DNA of 32,000 nt from Crocosphaera subtropica ATCC 51142 (lineage in GTDB: Bacteria; Cyanobacteriota; Cyanobacteriia; Cyanobacteriales; Microcystaceae): the NCBI RefSeq assembly GCF_000017845.1, contig NC_010546.1:4740001-4772000 (forward strand), in the 5' to 3' direction. Below the pieces are notes generated by a model that was not told the origin of the DNA, did no database searches, and worked only from the letters and a program-made list of their open reading frames with translations. Below, piece by piece: positions 1-8,419 of the stretch (its first letter is position 1; each line of letters starts with the position of its first letter). Both the position numbers and the translations under genes were made by a program.

Positions 1-22
1 TAATTAATGGATAAACAAAACC

Positions 23-1723
23 ATGAAATTCTTAAAACGTATCGGAATAATTGCCTTATTTTTTCTGGGAGTCTCTTGGGCAGTTTGTAACTTTCAAGGA
101 TTAGCTAATAAAGGAGAATTTGATTCTATAGTTCTGAACTTCAAACAAGATATTCCTATCACAGAAGTTGAAAACAAAATTAGCCAACTTAGTAAACAGT
201 ATAATCAAGAAATTCATTTAAACAGCGAATTTTCTCAAAATGAAAGAATCTATATTCTCGAAGGAAATAAACAACTTCTGAATCAATTAAAACAATCTCA
301 ACTCAGTGCGTTAGCAGATTATATTGAACCCAATTATCGATATCATACCCTAGAAGCTGTTAACGATCCCCGATATAGTGAACAATGGAATCTGCAAAAT
401 ATTAATATTGAAGCTGCCTGGCGACAAGCCAAAGGGAAAGGGGTAACCGTTGCTGTTATTGACACAGGAGTTACCCCTGTTCCTGACTTACAAAGAACAG
501 AATTTGTGGAAGGATATGACTTTGTTAATAATAAAAAAGAGGCTAATGACGATCATGGTCACGGGACTCATGTTGCTGGAACCATTGCTCAATCAACGAA
601 TAATAGATATGGGGTTGCAGGGGTTGCTTATCAAGCAAAAATTATGCCTCTAAAAGTGTTATCTGCTGCCGGGTTTGGTACTATTTCTGATATTGCTGAA
701 GCCATTCGTTTTGCTGCTGATCATAACGCCGATATTATTAACATGAGTTTAGGGGGTGGTGGGGCTAGTCAAATGATGGAAGATGCCATTAATTATGCCC
801 ATGAAAAAGGTGTGGTTATTGTCGCAGCAGCCGGCAACGAAGGTCGTAGTTCTGCCTCTTATCCGTCTCGTTATGATAAAGTTATTAGTGTTTCTGCCTT
901 GAATGCCAATAACGAGAAAGCCTTTTACTCCAATTATGGGGTGGGTGTAGATATTTCGGCCCCAGGGGGTGGAGAAGATAAAAAGATTCTTCAAGAAACC
1001 ATTGATCGCAATAGTGGACAAGCAACCATAGCCGGGTTTATGGGAACCAGTATGGCTTCTCCCCACGTTGCCGGCGTTGCGGCCTTAATTCGTTCGACTG
1101 GTGTTAAGGAACCCGATAAAATTCGTAAGATTTTAGAAGAGTCAGCCAAAGAAGTCGAAAACGATAAATTAAACTATTATGGTTCCGGTCAATTAGACGC
1201 AGAAGCAGCCATAAAATTAGCCAGAAAAGGACAATTTCCCCTACGGTTAGATCATGATCTATTAATGAAGCTGTTAATGTTAGCAGTGGCTTATGGGTTC
1301 ACCGCATGGTTCAGTAAGTCGATTCGTTTCACAGACGTTTTTCATCTGGGAATGGTATTAGGCAGTTGTGGCTTTTTCTTATTAAAGCTGGTCGAAATTT
1401 TCGATGTTCCCCAATGGCCATTAAGATTAGTGAGTAGTCCTATCGGAGAATGGGGCAATGCTATTCAAGGGACTGTCGATATTAATCCCATTTTTGCCAG
1501 TGTTCTGATTCCTTTCTGTCTCATGGCCTTACTATTAGGAAATCATGACGGAAAATGGTTTGCAATGGGGACAACCCTAGGAATGGCAGGATTTTTGACC
1601 GTGACCACCTTTACTTCTCCTGATCTCTGGTTATTGAGTCCAGGTTTAATGTCTCAAATCTTTTTAGGGGTTAATGCTTTGTTGTGTTTAGGGTTAGTTA
1701 GTTTATCTTTAAAAGAAAATTAA
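23..1723 (+). CDS. S8 family (subtilisin-like) serine peptidase with N-terminal signal/anchor and C-terminal polytopic membrane domain
   Basis: 566-aa ORF with ATG start. Catalytic triad motifs are VAVIDTGV (Asp), HGHGTHVAGT (His) and GTSMASPHVAG (Ser). The last ~160 aa form several hydrophobic helices. Confidence 0.9.
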   Translation: MKFLKRIGIIALFFLGVSWAVCNFQGLANKGEFDSIVLNFKQDIPITEVENKISQLSKQYNQEIHLNSEFSQNERIYILEGNKQLLNQLKQSQLSALADYIEPNYRYHTLEAVNDPRYSEQWNLQNINIEAAWRQAKGKGVTVAVIDTGVTPVPDLQRTEFVEGYDFVNNKKEANDDHGHGTHVAGTIAQSTNNRYGVAGVAYQAKIMPLKVLSAAGFGTISDIAEAIRFAADHNADIINMSLGGGGASQMMEDAINYAHEKGVVIVAAAGNEGRSSASYPSRYDKVISVSALNANNEKAFYSNYGVGVDISAPGGGEDKKILQETIDRNSGQATIAGFMGTSMASPHVAGVAALIRSTGVKEPDKIRKILEESAKEVENDKLNYYGSGQLDAEAAIKLARKGQFPLRLDHDLLMKLLMLAVAYGFTAWFSKSIRFTDVFHLGMVLGSCGFFLLKLVEIFDVPQWPLRLVSSPIGEWGNAIQGTVDINPIFASVLIPFCLMALLLGNHDGKWFAMGTTLGMAGFLTVTTFTSPDLWLLSPGLMSQIFLGVNALLCLGLVSLSLKEN

Positions 1724-1745
1724 GAAACTGACTAAGAACAATTTT

Positions 1746-1790
1746 GCGATCGCCTATTTCAAACCTGGAAGTAGGCGATCGCATTTTTTG
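1746..1790 (+). terminator. Intrinsic terminator after the S8 protease gene
   Basis: An 11-bp perfect stem, GCGATCGCCTA (1746-1756) / TAGGCGATCGC (1772-1782), is built from two HIP1 octamers. The loop is 15 nt and the stem is followed by ATTTTTTGG. Confidence 0.7.
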
Positions 1791-1806
1791 GAAAAATCCA
1801 ACACCA

Positions 1807-1834
1807 AACCCTGAACCCCTAACACCGAACTCAA
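1807..1834. repeat. Degenerate heptamer tandem array (STRR-like)
   Basis: AACCCTG AACCCCT AACACCG AACTCAA. In another phase this reads CTGAACC CCTAACA CCGAACT, the same unit family as the array at 19068-19102. Confidence 0.5.
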
Positions 1835-1915
1835 CTTACCTAGTTGGCAAAAGGTAATAAGTATGAGAACAATGGTTAAATATAAAATAAAAATAATACT
1901 GTCACCAACTAGCCG

Positions 1916-3871
1916 ATGAACGACAACGCAACTGCTAAGAACCGCCTTCTGGGAGAATTTGACTATTATTTATTTGGCCAAGGGGATCATCATCGCATCT
2001 ATGAGAAGATGGGGGCCCATTTGGTTGAGATCGATGGGGTGTCAGGGGTTTACTTTGCCACCTGGGCCCCGAATGCTTATGAAGTCGCTGTAGTGGGAGA
2101 TTTCAATAACTGGAACCCTGAAGCGAACAAGATGGAGAGAACCGAAGTAGGAATCTGGGAATTATTTATTCCTGGGATGAAAGTCGGGGATCTCTATAAA
2201 TATTCAGTTAAAAATCACCATCACCACTGTGTCTATAAAACCGATCCCTACGGTTATCAACAGGAAGTCCGTCCTGCGACGGCCTCTATTGTAGCCGATC
2301 TTTCTACCTATACCTGGAACGACCAGGGATGGATGGACAAACGGGAACGCACTAACCCCGAAAAGCAACCGATGTCTGTCTATGAAGTCCACTTAGGATC
2401 TTGGTTACACGACAGTATTGACAACCCTCCCAAAGAAGGGCCAAGTCTTCCAGTTGAACAAAAACCAGGGGCCCGCTACCTTAACTATCGAGAACTGGCA
2501 GAAAAATTAATTCCTTATGTTAAAGATATGGGTTACACTCATATCGAGTTACTCCCTGTCACAGAATATCCCTTTGACGGATCTTGGGGCTATCAAGTGG
2601 TTGGTTTTTATGCCCCCACTTCTCGCTACGGTCCTCCGCAAGATTTTATGTACTTTGTGGATAAATGTCACGAAGCAGGTATCGGCGTAATTTTGGACTG
2701 GGTTCCTGGCCACTTTCCTAAAGATCAACATGGGTTAGCTTATTTTGATGGTGGCCCTTTGTATGAATACGCCGACCCCCGCAAAGGAGAAATTAAAACC
2801 TGGGGAACCTTAGTGTTTGACTATGGACGCAATGAAGTCAGAAACTTCCTCATTGCCAGCGCCATGTTTTGGTTCGATAAGTATCATATTGATGGCATTC
2901 GGGTCGATGCTGTCGCCTATATGATCGAATTAGATAAAGGTCGAGAAGGTAACTGGGTTCCCAATAAGTATGGAGATAACGGCCATTTAGAAGCCATCAG
3001 TTTCTTACAACATTTGAATAATACGATCGCCCATAATTATCCTGGAGTTGTTACCATTGCTGAAGACTCTACCGCTTGGGGTAATGTGTCTAAACCGGCT
3101 AGTGAGGGAGGACTGGGTTTTACTTTTAAGTGGAATATGGGGTGGATGAATGATACCCTGAAATATTTAAAAGAGCATCCTAACCATCGTTCTAATTGTC
3201 ATAATAAGCTTACCTTTAGTATTTGGTACGCTTTCGATGAAAAATTCATGTTAGCCCTTTCTCATGATGAAGTGGTTCACCTCAAAGGCCATTTAGTGAA
3301 TAAAATGCCTGGAGATGAATGGCAAAAAATGGCCAATGTTCGTACCTTATTAACTTATATGTTCGCTCATCCTGGCAAGAAAACTCTATTTATGGGGATG
3401 GAGTTTGGTCAGACTTCTGAATGGCAAGAATTTCTCGATATTGACTGGTATCTCCTACAGTACGAACCCCACAAAGGCTTAAAACGCTTGGTTCAGGATC
3501 TCAATAAAATGTATGTCCGTGAACCGGCTTTATATATGGAAGATTTTAGCCGTGAAGGGTTTGAGTGGATCGAGGCTAATGATGCACCAAGGGGCTTAAT
3601 TTCGTTTATTCGTCGTGATCCTGCCTCTGGGGATACCATTGTCGCTGTGTGCAACTTTAAGCCCTATGTCTATGAATATTACTGGGTTGGTCTACATCAA
3701 CCAGGAGAATATGTGGAATTAATTAACTCCGATGCCCAAGTTTACTGGGGTAGTGGTGTTTCTAATCCTAGCGTTATTCAAGCCCGTCAATGGAATAATG
3801 CACCTTGGCCCTATGCTTTAGAAATTACAGTTCCTCCTTTGGGTGCTGTACTGTATAAATTAAAGCGATAG
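1916..3871 (+). CDS. glgB: 1,4-alpha-glucan branching enzyme, short form lacking the N-terminal N1 domain
   Basis: 651-aa ORF with the GH13 conserved regions: DWVPGHF (I), GIRVDAVA (II), TIAEDST (III) and LSHDEVVH (IV). The N-terminus (YEKMGAH...FATWAPNA) aligns from about residue 110 of E. coli GlgB. Confidence 0.93.
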   Translation: MNDNATAKNRLLGEFDYYLFGQGDHHRIYEKMGAHLVEIDGVSGVYFATWAPNAYEVAVVGDFNNWNPEANKMERTEVGIWELFIPGMKVGDLYKYSVKNHHHHCVYKTDPYGYQQEVRPATASIVADLSTYTWNDQGWMDKRERTNPEKQPMSVYEVHLGSWLHDSIDNPPKEGPSLPVEQKPGARYLNYRELAEKLIPYVKDMGYTHIELLPVTEYPFDGSWGYQVVGFYAPTSRYGPPQDFMYFVDKCHEAGIGVILDWVPGHFPKDQHGLAYFDGGPLYEYADPRKGEIKTWGTLVFDYGRNEVRNFLIASAMFWFDKYHIDGIRVDAVAYMIELDKGREGNWVPNKYGDNGHLEAISFLQHLNNTIAHNYPGVVTIAEDSTAWGNVSKPASEGGLGFTFKWNMGWMNDTLKYLKEHPNHRSNCHNKLTFSIWYAFDEKFMLALSHDEVVHLKGHLVNKMPGDEWQKMANVRTLLTYMFAHPGKKTLFMGMEFGQTSEWQEFLDIDWYLLQYEPHKGLKRLVQDLNKMYVREPALYMEDFSREGFEWIEANDAPRGLISFIRRDPASGDTIVAVCNFKPYVYEYYWVGLHQPGEYVELINSDAQVYWGSGVSNPSVIQARQWNNAPWPYALEITVPPLGAVLYKLKR

Positions 3872-3907
3872 ATGTGAGTTGGGTAGTTTGGAGTGATAGA
3901 TGATTGA

Positions 3908-3941
3908 TGCTCCTCTAGTTCTTGTCTAGGTTAGAGGAGCA
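3908..3941 (+). terminator. Hairpin downstream of glgB (possible terminator)
   Basis: A 10-bp perfect stem, TGCTCCTCTA (3908-3917) / TAGAGGAGCA (3932-3941), with a 14-nt loop. The trailing sequence TTGCAATTATTGTTTT is only moderately T-rich. Confidence 0.4.
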
Positions 3942-3947
3942 TTGCAA

Positions 3948-4088
3948 TTATTGTTTTAAAGCTGGTTCGATGGGTTCTAAGGGCCGTGTGTCTTTGGCGG
4001 TTTCAAAGAACGTGGCATAAACCCATCCTCCGAGAACTCCACCAATGATAGGAGCAACCCAAAATAACCATTTAGTATATAAATAATA
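3948..4088 (-). pseudogene. aqpZ: C-terminal relic of an aquaporin (MIP/AqpZ-type) gene
   Basis: The minus-strand frame reads YYLYTKWLFWVAPIIGGVLGGWVYATFFETAKDTRPLEPIEPALKQ*. WLFWVAPIIGGVLGGWVY resembles the last TM helix of AqpZ (E. coli ...LWFFWVVPIVGGIIGGLIY...). There is no ATG/GTG/TTG in frame, and an in-frame stop lies immediately upstream at 4089-4091. Confidence 0.5.
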
Positions 4089-4118
4089 TTAATTAACTTT
4101 TTATAGTTACTTAATCAA

Positions 4119-5501
4119 TTATTTACCAATGCAAAAACGGCTGAAAATTTTATCTAAAACCGATTCTGTAATTTCTTCTCCTGTGATTTCTCCTAATGCT
4201 TGAATAGCGGATCTGAGGTCAATGGTCCAGAAGTCAAGAGGTAAGTCTTCTGCGATGGTAATTTGTACTTGTTGTAAGGCGATTTTTGCCCGGGTTAAGG
4301 CGGCTGATTGTCTTTGATTAATCGCAAAATCCAGATTATTGGCCGTTAGTTTTTGTTGGTTAATTGCTTTTAAAATAGCAGCTTCTAATGCTTCAATTCC
4401 CTGATGATTGGCGGCCGATGTTTTAACAATTTCTGTTATTTCTGGGGGAAATTGAGATAAATTAGGGGTGGCTAAATCAATTTTATTAATAACTAAAATA
4501 ACAGGAAGATGACGGATCGGTTGATAAATTTCACTGTCTTGGGAAGTCCATCCCACCGTTGCGTCAATGGTGAGTAACACGAGATCCGCTTGACTGGCCG
4601 CTAAGCGCGATCGCTCAACTCCGATTTTTTCTACTTGATCCGTTGTCTGACGAATACCAGCAGTGTCTAAGACTTGGATGGGAATACCCCCTACCACTAA
4701 TTGGGACTCGACTACATCCCTAGTGGTTCCCGGTAAGTCAGTAACAATGGCGCGATCGCTGCGACTCCACGCATTTAATAAACTAGATTTTCCCACATTG
4801 GGACGGCCAACGATGGCCACTTTTAAGCCATTGCGTAACAATTCCCCTTGTTCAGCAGTGTTTAAAATGCTCTCAAATTGCTCTAAAATGCTCTTTAACC
4901 CCTGAGAAATAGCATTTTCATCTAAAGGGGGTAAATCCTCTTCAAAGTCGATTCTCGCTTCAATTTCGGCGAGGATATCTAGGCAATGATGGCGTAATGT
5001 TTGGATCGGTTGGGCGAGTTTGCCCTGTAGCCCGGCTAAGGCCATTTGAGACGCTTGTTGCGATCGCGCGGAGACTAATTCTCTGATACTTTCAGCTTGG
5101 GTTAAATCAATCCTACCATTGAGAAAGGCTCGCAGGGTAAATTCTCCAGGTTGGGCTAAAATAGCACCTTGTTCTAAACATAACTGTAACACCTGTTGTA
5201 CAGGCATAATTCCCCCATGACAATGAAACTCGATCACATCTTCACGGGTATAAGAACGTGGTGCTAACATCATTAATAACAAAGCTTCATCGATCACTTG
5301 TTCAGTTTGGGGATGACGAATATAACCGTAAAGAATACGATGAGATTCCCATTTTTGCTTTCCTGGGGCGATGAATAGGGTTTGAGCAATATTTAACGCT
5401 TTATTGCCTGATAAACGGATAATTCCGATACTCCCTTGTTGGGGTACAATAGCGGTTGCGATCGCTGCAATGGTTTCTCCTTGGGTTATCATTTTTGTCA
5501 T
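4119..5501 (-). CDS. mnmE: tRNA uridine-5-carboxymethylaminomethyl(34) synthesis GTPase MnmE (TrmE)
   Basis: 460-aa ORF. G-domain motifs are [13 protein letters not shown] and NKID, and the C-terminus carries the invariant CIGK. Confidence 0.95.
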   Translation of the reverse strand: MTKMITQGETIAAIATAIVPQQGSIGIIRLSGNKALNIAQTLFIAPGKQKWESHRILYGYIRHPQTEQVIDEALLLMMLAPRSYTREDVIEFHCHGGIMPVQQVLQLCLEQGAILAQPGEFTLRAFLNGRIDLTQAESIRELVSARSQQASQMALAGLQGKLAQPIQTLRHHCLDILAEIEARIDFEEDLPPLDENAISQGLKSILEQFESILNTAEQGELLRNGLKVAIVGRPNVGKSSLLNAWSRSDRAIVTDLPGTTRDVVESQLVVGGIPIQVLDTAGIRQTTDQVEKIGVERSRLAASQADLVLLTIDATVGWTSQDSEIYQPIRHLPVILVINKIDLATPNLSQFPPEITEIVKTSAANHQGIEALEAAILKAINQQKLTANNLDFAINQRQSAALTRAKIALQQVQITIAEDLPLDFWTIDLRSAIQALGEITGEEITESVLDKIFSRFCIGK

Positions 5502-5755
5502 AAGCTAGTAATCATATATCTATTAAAAATATTAAATCCTGATACCAGGGGAGAAAAGCTTTCTCTTCCCTGGAAAATAGTTAATTCTTTAGTTTAACCT
5601 GAAAATAATGGTTAATTAGAGAAAGAAAAGAGACATTCATTATTGCAGGAGAATTAGGAACAATTGAAATTACCATTTTTGAACAAGGACAACTTAACCA
5701 CTGAACAACAAATTGAATTAATGACTCAACGGCTTCAAGAAAAATTTAATCTGTA

Positions 5756-5789
5756 GGGCAATCTTGAAAAGATCCGCTTTGCGGTGCGC
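5756..5789. repeat. Double-hairpin mini-repeat, intergenic copy (SDR-like)
   Basis: GGGCAATCTTGAAAAGATCCGCTTTGCGGTGCGC matches 27325-27358 at 30 of 34 positions. It contains hairpin ATCTT-GAA-AAGAT and hairpin CCGC-TTT-GCGG. Confidence 0.5.
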
Positions 5790-5858
5790 TGAGTTATAAT
5801 TTTTGTGATAACTTTGACAATTCATTATTTGTTTGATAAAGCTAACACTAAACTTTCT

Positions 5859-6125
5859 ATGTTTAAAGAAGAAAAATCCTTAGAAGGAGATGCTTTAATT
5901 AAAGAAGTTTGTCGTCGTATTCGGGTGGCCAGAAGCTACTGGGATGCTCATAATAATCGAGCTTGTCGACGAGAACGAGAAAAGGCATTAATATTATACA
6001 ATCGTTTAACTAAACAAGAAAAAGAAAAGATTCCTCAAGTCTTAAGGGTTTGGCTTCGTTATCGTAGTGAAAAGTATTTTGGTTCCCATCGAACCCCACC
6101 AAGGAAAACAAAGAAGAAAAAATAA
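5859..6125 (+). CDS. Hypothetical small, very basic protein (Arg/Lys-rich, KKKK tail)
   Basis: The track ORF 5805-6125 opens with GTG; the first ATG is at 5859 (MFKEEKSLEG...). I recognise no family. It is co-directional with ctaA and upstream of it. Confidence 0.45.
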   Translation: MFKEEKSLEGDALIKEVCRRIRVARSYWDAHNNRACRREREKALILYNRLTKQEKEKIPQVLRVWLRYRSEKYFGSHRTPPRKTKKKK

Positions 6126-6390
6126 TAAATGAAGTGTACCTAGAGAAACTATTTTCAGTTTATGCTTATGATACATTAAAACTTAATTAAATTTATGTCT
6201 GGTAATGTTAACTTAAGTAAACTCATTATTAACTGAATCAAAAGATTAGAAAAAGTTCCTAAAAATTCATACACAAATCAGAGACCCTTGAGTAGAATCT
6301 GACTAGCTCTGCTTTTAAAGAGATGAAATTTTGTAGCAAAGTCAACACTTTGTTAACAACAAAATGTGTTTAATAAAGTAATAGGATGCT

Positions 6391-7317
6391 ATGACAGAAT
6401 CTGTTCTTACAGGACAAATAACCACCTCAAGCGATCGCCCGAAAGTCCAAAAATGGATGAGACTATTAGTGTGGAAAATCGCCATCGCTACTCTGCTATT
6501 AATGGCCGTAGGGAGTGCCACACGGGTGATGAATGCCGGGTTAGCTTGTCCAGATTGGCCGTTGTGTTATGGTCAGTTAGTTCCCACCCAACAAATGAAC
6601 CTACAAGTCTTTTTAGAGTGGTTTCATCGGTTGGATGCTTCTTTGATTGGGTTAAGTACCTTGGCCTTAGTTGCTCTCTCTTGGTGGTTTCGCAAAGAAC
6701 TCCCCAAATGGCTACCCTGGGCTTGTTTAGGAGCATTAGGCCTAATTGTCTTCCAAGGAATTTTAGGGGGTCTAACGGTCACTCAAATGCTGCGGTTTGA
6801 TATTGTGACTGCCCATTTAGGAACTGCCCTCCTCTTTTTTGCCACCCTAGTGATCATCGCCTTGTGTTTAACCCCCTATCATGGCACCACCACTGCCAGG
6901 AAACTGCGATGGGTGAGCCTCACCGCTGCTATTTTAGTTTATATCCAATGCTTATTAGGGGCTTTAGTGGGTTCCCGTTGGGCGCTACATCAATGCTTTG
7001 GAGGTTCTCAACTCTGCGCTGTTATGAATAGTCATATTATTGGTGTGGTTCCTGCTACTTTTGCGACCTTAACCGTGGTTTTTATGGCTTGGCGTACTCC
7101 GGCACTTCATCCGACCTTAAGAAAACTAGCCTGGGTAGCTGGTGGTGTCGTGGTGTTACAAGTCCTTTTAGGAGTCGCTACCTTTTACCTACATTTACAG
7201 GTAGAACCCTTAACCGTGACCCATCATACAGTGGGGGCTGCTTTATTTGCTACGTTAGTGGCTTTGACCACCCTGGGAATGCGAGATGCCAACTCCTACG
7301 CACAAAGTAACCGTTAA
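6391..7317 (+). CDS. ctaA: Heme A synthase (COX15/CtaA family)
   Basis: 308-aa polytopic ORF. It has the CPDWPLCYG cysteine pair after TM1 and conserved His-containing helices (WFHRLDA, VTAHLG, THHTVGA). It lies directly upstream of ctaB. Confidence 0.85.
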   Translation: MTESVLTGQITTSSDRPKVQKWMRLLVWKIAIATLLLMAVGSATRVMNAGLACPDWPLCYGQLVPTQQMNLQVFLEWFHRLDASLIGLSTLALVALSWWFRKELPKWLPWACLGALGLIVFQGILGGLTVTQMLRFDIVTAHLGTALLFFATLVIIALCLTPYHGTTTARKLRWVSLTAAILVYIQCLLGALVGSRWALHQCFGGSQLCAVMNSHIIGVVPATFATLTVVFMAWRTPALHPTLRKLAWVAGGVVVLQVLLGVATFYLHLQVEPLTVTHHTVGAALFATLVALTTLGMRDANSYAQSNR

Positions 7318-7396
7318 TGGTTTAGATGCTTTCCATTCCCTATTTCTTAGTGCTTAGCACAATAATTGATCAATTAACAGAATTTGGTGTGAATTA

Positions 7397-8341
7397 ATGA
7401 TTGGGACTGATGTTGTCCGTCGTAACGAGAACTTTTTACAAGTGGTTAGAAGTTATTATCAGCTAACCAAACCGAGGATTATTCCTCTATTATTAATCAC
7501 CACGGCCGCTTCTATGTGGATCGCCTCTGAGGGTGAAGTGGACTCCTTTAGACTCTTTATTACCTTACTAGGAGGAACCCTTGCGGCCGCTTCAGCGCAA
7601 GTGATGAACTGTATCTACGATCGCGATATTGATTATGAAATGTTGCGAACTCGGGCCCGTCCCATTCCTTCAGGCCGAGTACAATCTCGTCACGCCCTCA
7701 TTTTTGCCCTGGTATTAGCGGTCATTTCTTTTAGTCTCTTTCTCGTCTATATCAACCTTCTCAGTGGCTTATTGGCCATGTCCGGTATTGCCTTCTATAT
7801 GCTGGTTTATACCCACTTTCTCAAACGTAATACCCCTCAAAATATTGTCATTGGTGGGGCTGCTGGTTCCATTCCTCCTCTGGTGGGTTGGGCTGCCGTA
7901 ACCGGGGATCTCAGTTGGGCCCCTTGGATTTTATTTGCCATTATTTTCCTCTGGACTCCCCCCCATTTTTGGGCATTAGCGTTGATGATTAAAGATGATT
8001 ATGCCCAGGTGAATGTACCGATGATGCCGGTAATAGAAGGGGAAGAGTCAACGGTTCGTCAAATTTGGTGGTACACCCTCTTAGTGATTCCCTGCACTTT
8101 CTTATTAGTGTATCCTGTGGGGGCTTCCGGTTGGCTATATGGCGTGATGGCCTTATTCTTAGGGGCGATCTTTATCAAGAAAACTTGGTTACTCAAACAA
8201 AACCCCTTAGATAAAGATATGGCAAAATCCTTGTTTAAGTTTTCTATCCTCTATTTGATGTTGCTATGTACTGCTATGGTAGTGGATAGTTTACCGTTTA
8301 CCCATCAACTGTTTACCGCTATGGTCAATTTTGTTGGCTGA
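7397..8341 (+). CDS. ctaB: Protoheme IX farnesyltransferase (heme O synthase)
   Basis: 314-aa UbiA-superfamily ORF. It has the Asp-rich motif NCIYDRDID, and GGAAGSIPPLVGW and WTPPHFWALAL are typical of CtaB/CyoE. Confidence 0.93.
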   Translation: MIGTDVVRRNENFLQVVRSYYQLTKPRIIPLLLITTAASMWIASEGEVDSFRLFITLLGGTLAAASAQVMNCIYDRDIDYEMLRTRARPIPSGRVQSRHALIFALVLAVISFSLFLVYINLLSGLLAMSGIAFYMLVYTHFLKRNTPQNIVIGGAAGSIPPLVGWAAVTGDLSWAPWILFAIIFLWTPPHFWALALMIKDDYAQVNVPMMPVIEGEESTVRQIWWYTLLVIPCTFLLVYPVGASGWLYGVMALFLGAIFIKKTWLLKQNPLDKDMAKSLFKFSILYLMLLCTAMVVDSLPFTHQLFTAMVNFVG

Positions 8342-8367
8342 TGGAACGACAAGATGACGGGGTGTAA

Positions 8368-8410
8368 GGGGGACAGGAGAAGATATATTAATCTATTTCT
8401 CCCAGTCCCC
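8368..8410. terminator. Imperfect hairpin between convergent ctaB and the acyltransferase gene
   Basis: GGGGAC-A-GGAGAA (8368-8381) pairs with TTCTCC-CA-GTCCCC (8397-8410), giving two 6-bp helices with a small internal loop and a 15-nt AT-rich apical loop. There is no clean U-tract. Confidence 0.35.
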
Positions 8411-8419
8411 TATCCCCTT

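Noticed and set aside
450-1066. Track ORFs 450-653 (+) and 749-1066 (-) inside the S8 protease gene
   Set aside because: They are fully embedded in a strongly supported gene, in alternate or antisense frames. They have no motifs and odd composition, so they are shadow ORFs.
2204-4905. Embedded ORFs 2204-2392 (-) and 2549-2731 (-) in glgB, and 4663-4905 (+) in mnmE
   Set aside because: They are antisense to conserved enzyme-coding sequence and have no recognisable features.
5545-5573. Hairpin CCAGGGGAGAAAAGCTTTCTCTTCCCTGG about 45 nt upstream of the mnmE start
   Set aside because: It has no U-tract on either side and no upstream gene to terminate. It could be a 5'-UTR structure, but there is nothing to support a specific function.
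5664-5756. Mini-ORF (TTG start) encoding KLPFLNKDNLTTEQQIELMTQRLQEKFNL*
   Set aside because: It is about 30 codons long with a non-ATG start and no SD. It is possibly a fragment of something, but I recognise no family.
6332-6347. NtcA-like site TGTAGCAAAGTCAACA about 45 nt upstream of ctaA
   Set aside because: It has one mismatch to GTA-N8-TAC (AAC instead of TAC), and I see no convincing -10 box at the required ~22-nt distance. This is too weak to call.
6366-7310. ORFs 6366-6800 (+), 6488-6736 (-) and 7089-7310 (+) overlapping ctaA
   Set aside because: The ctaA frame carries the family motifs and a TM pattern. The alternatives are Arg/Ser-rich frame shadows.
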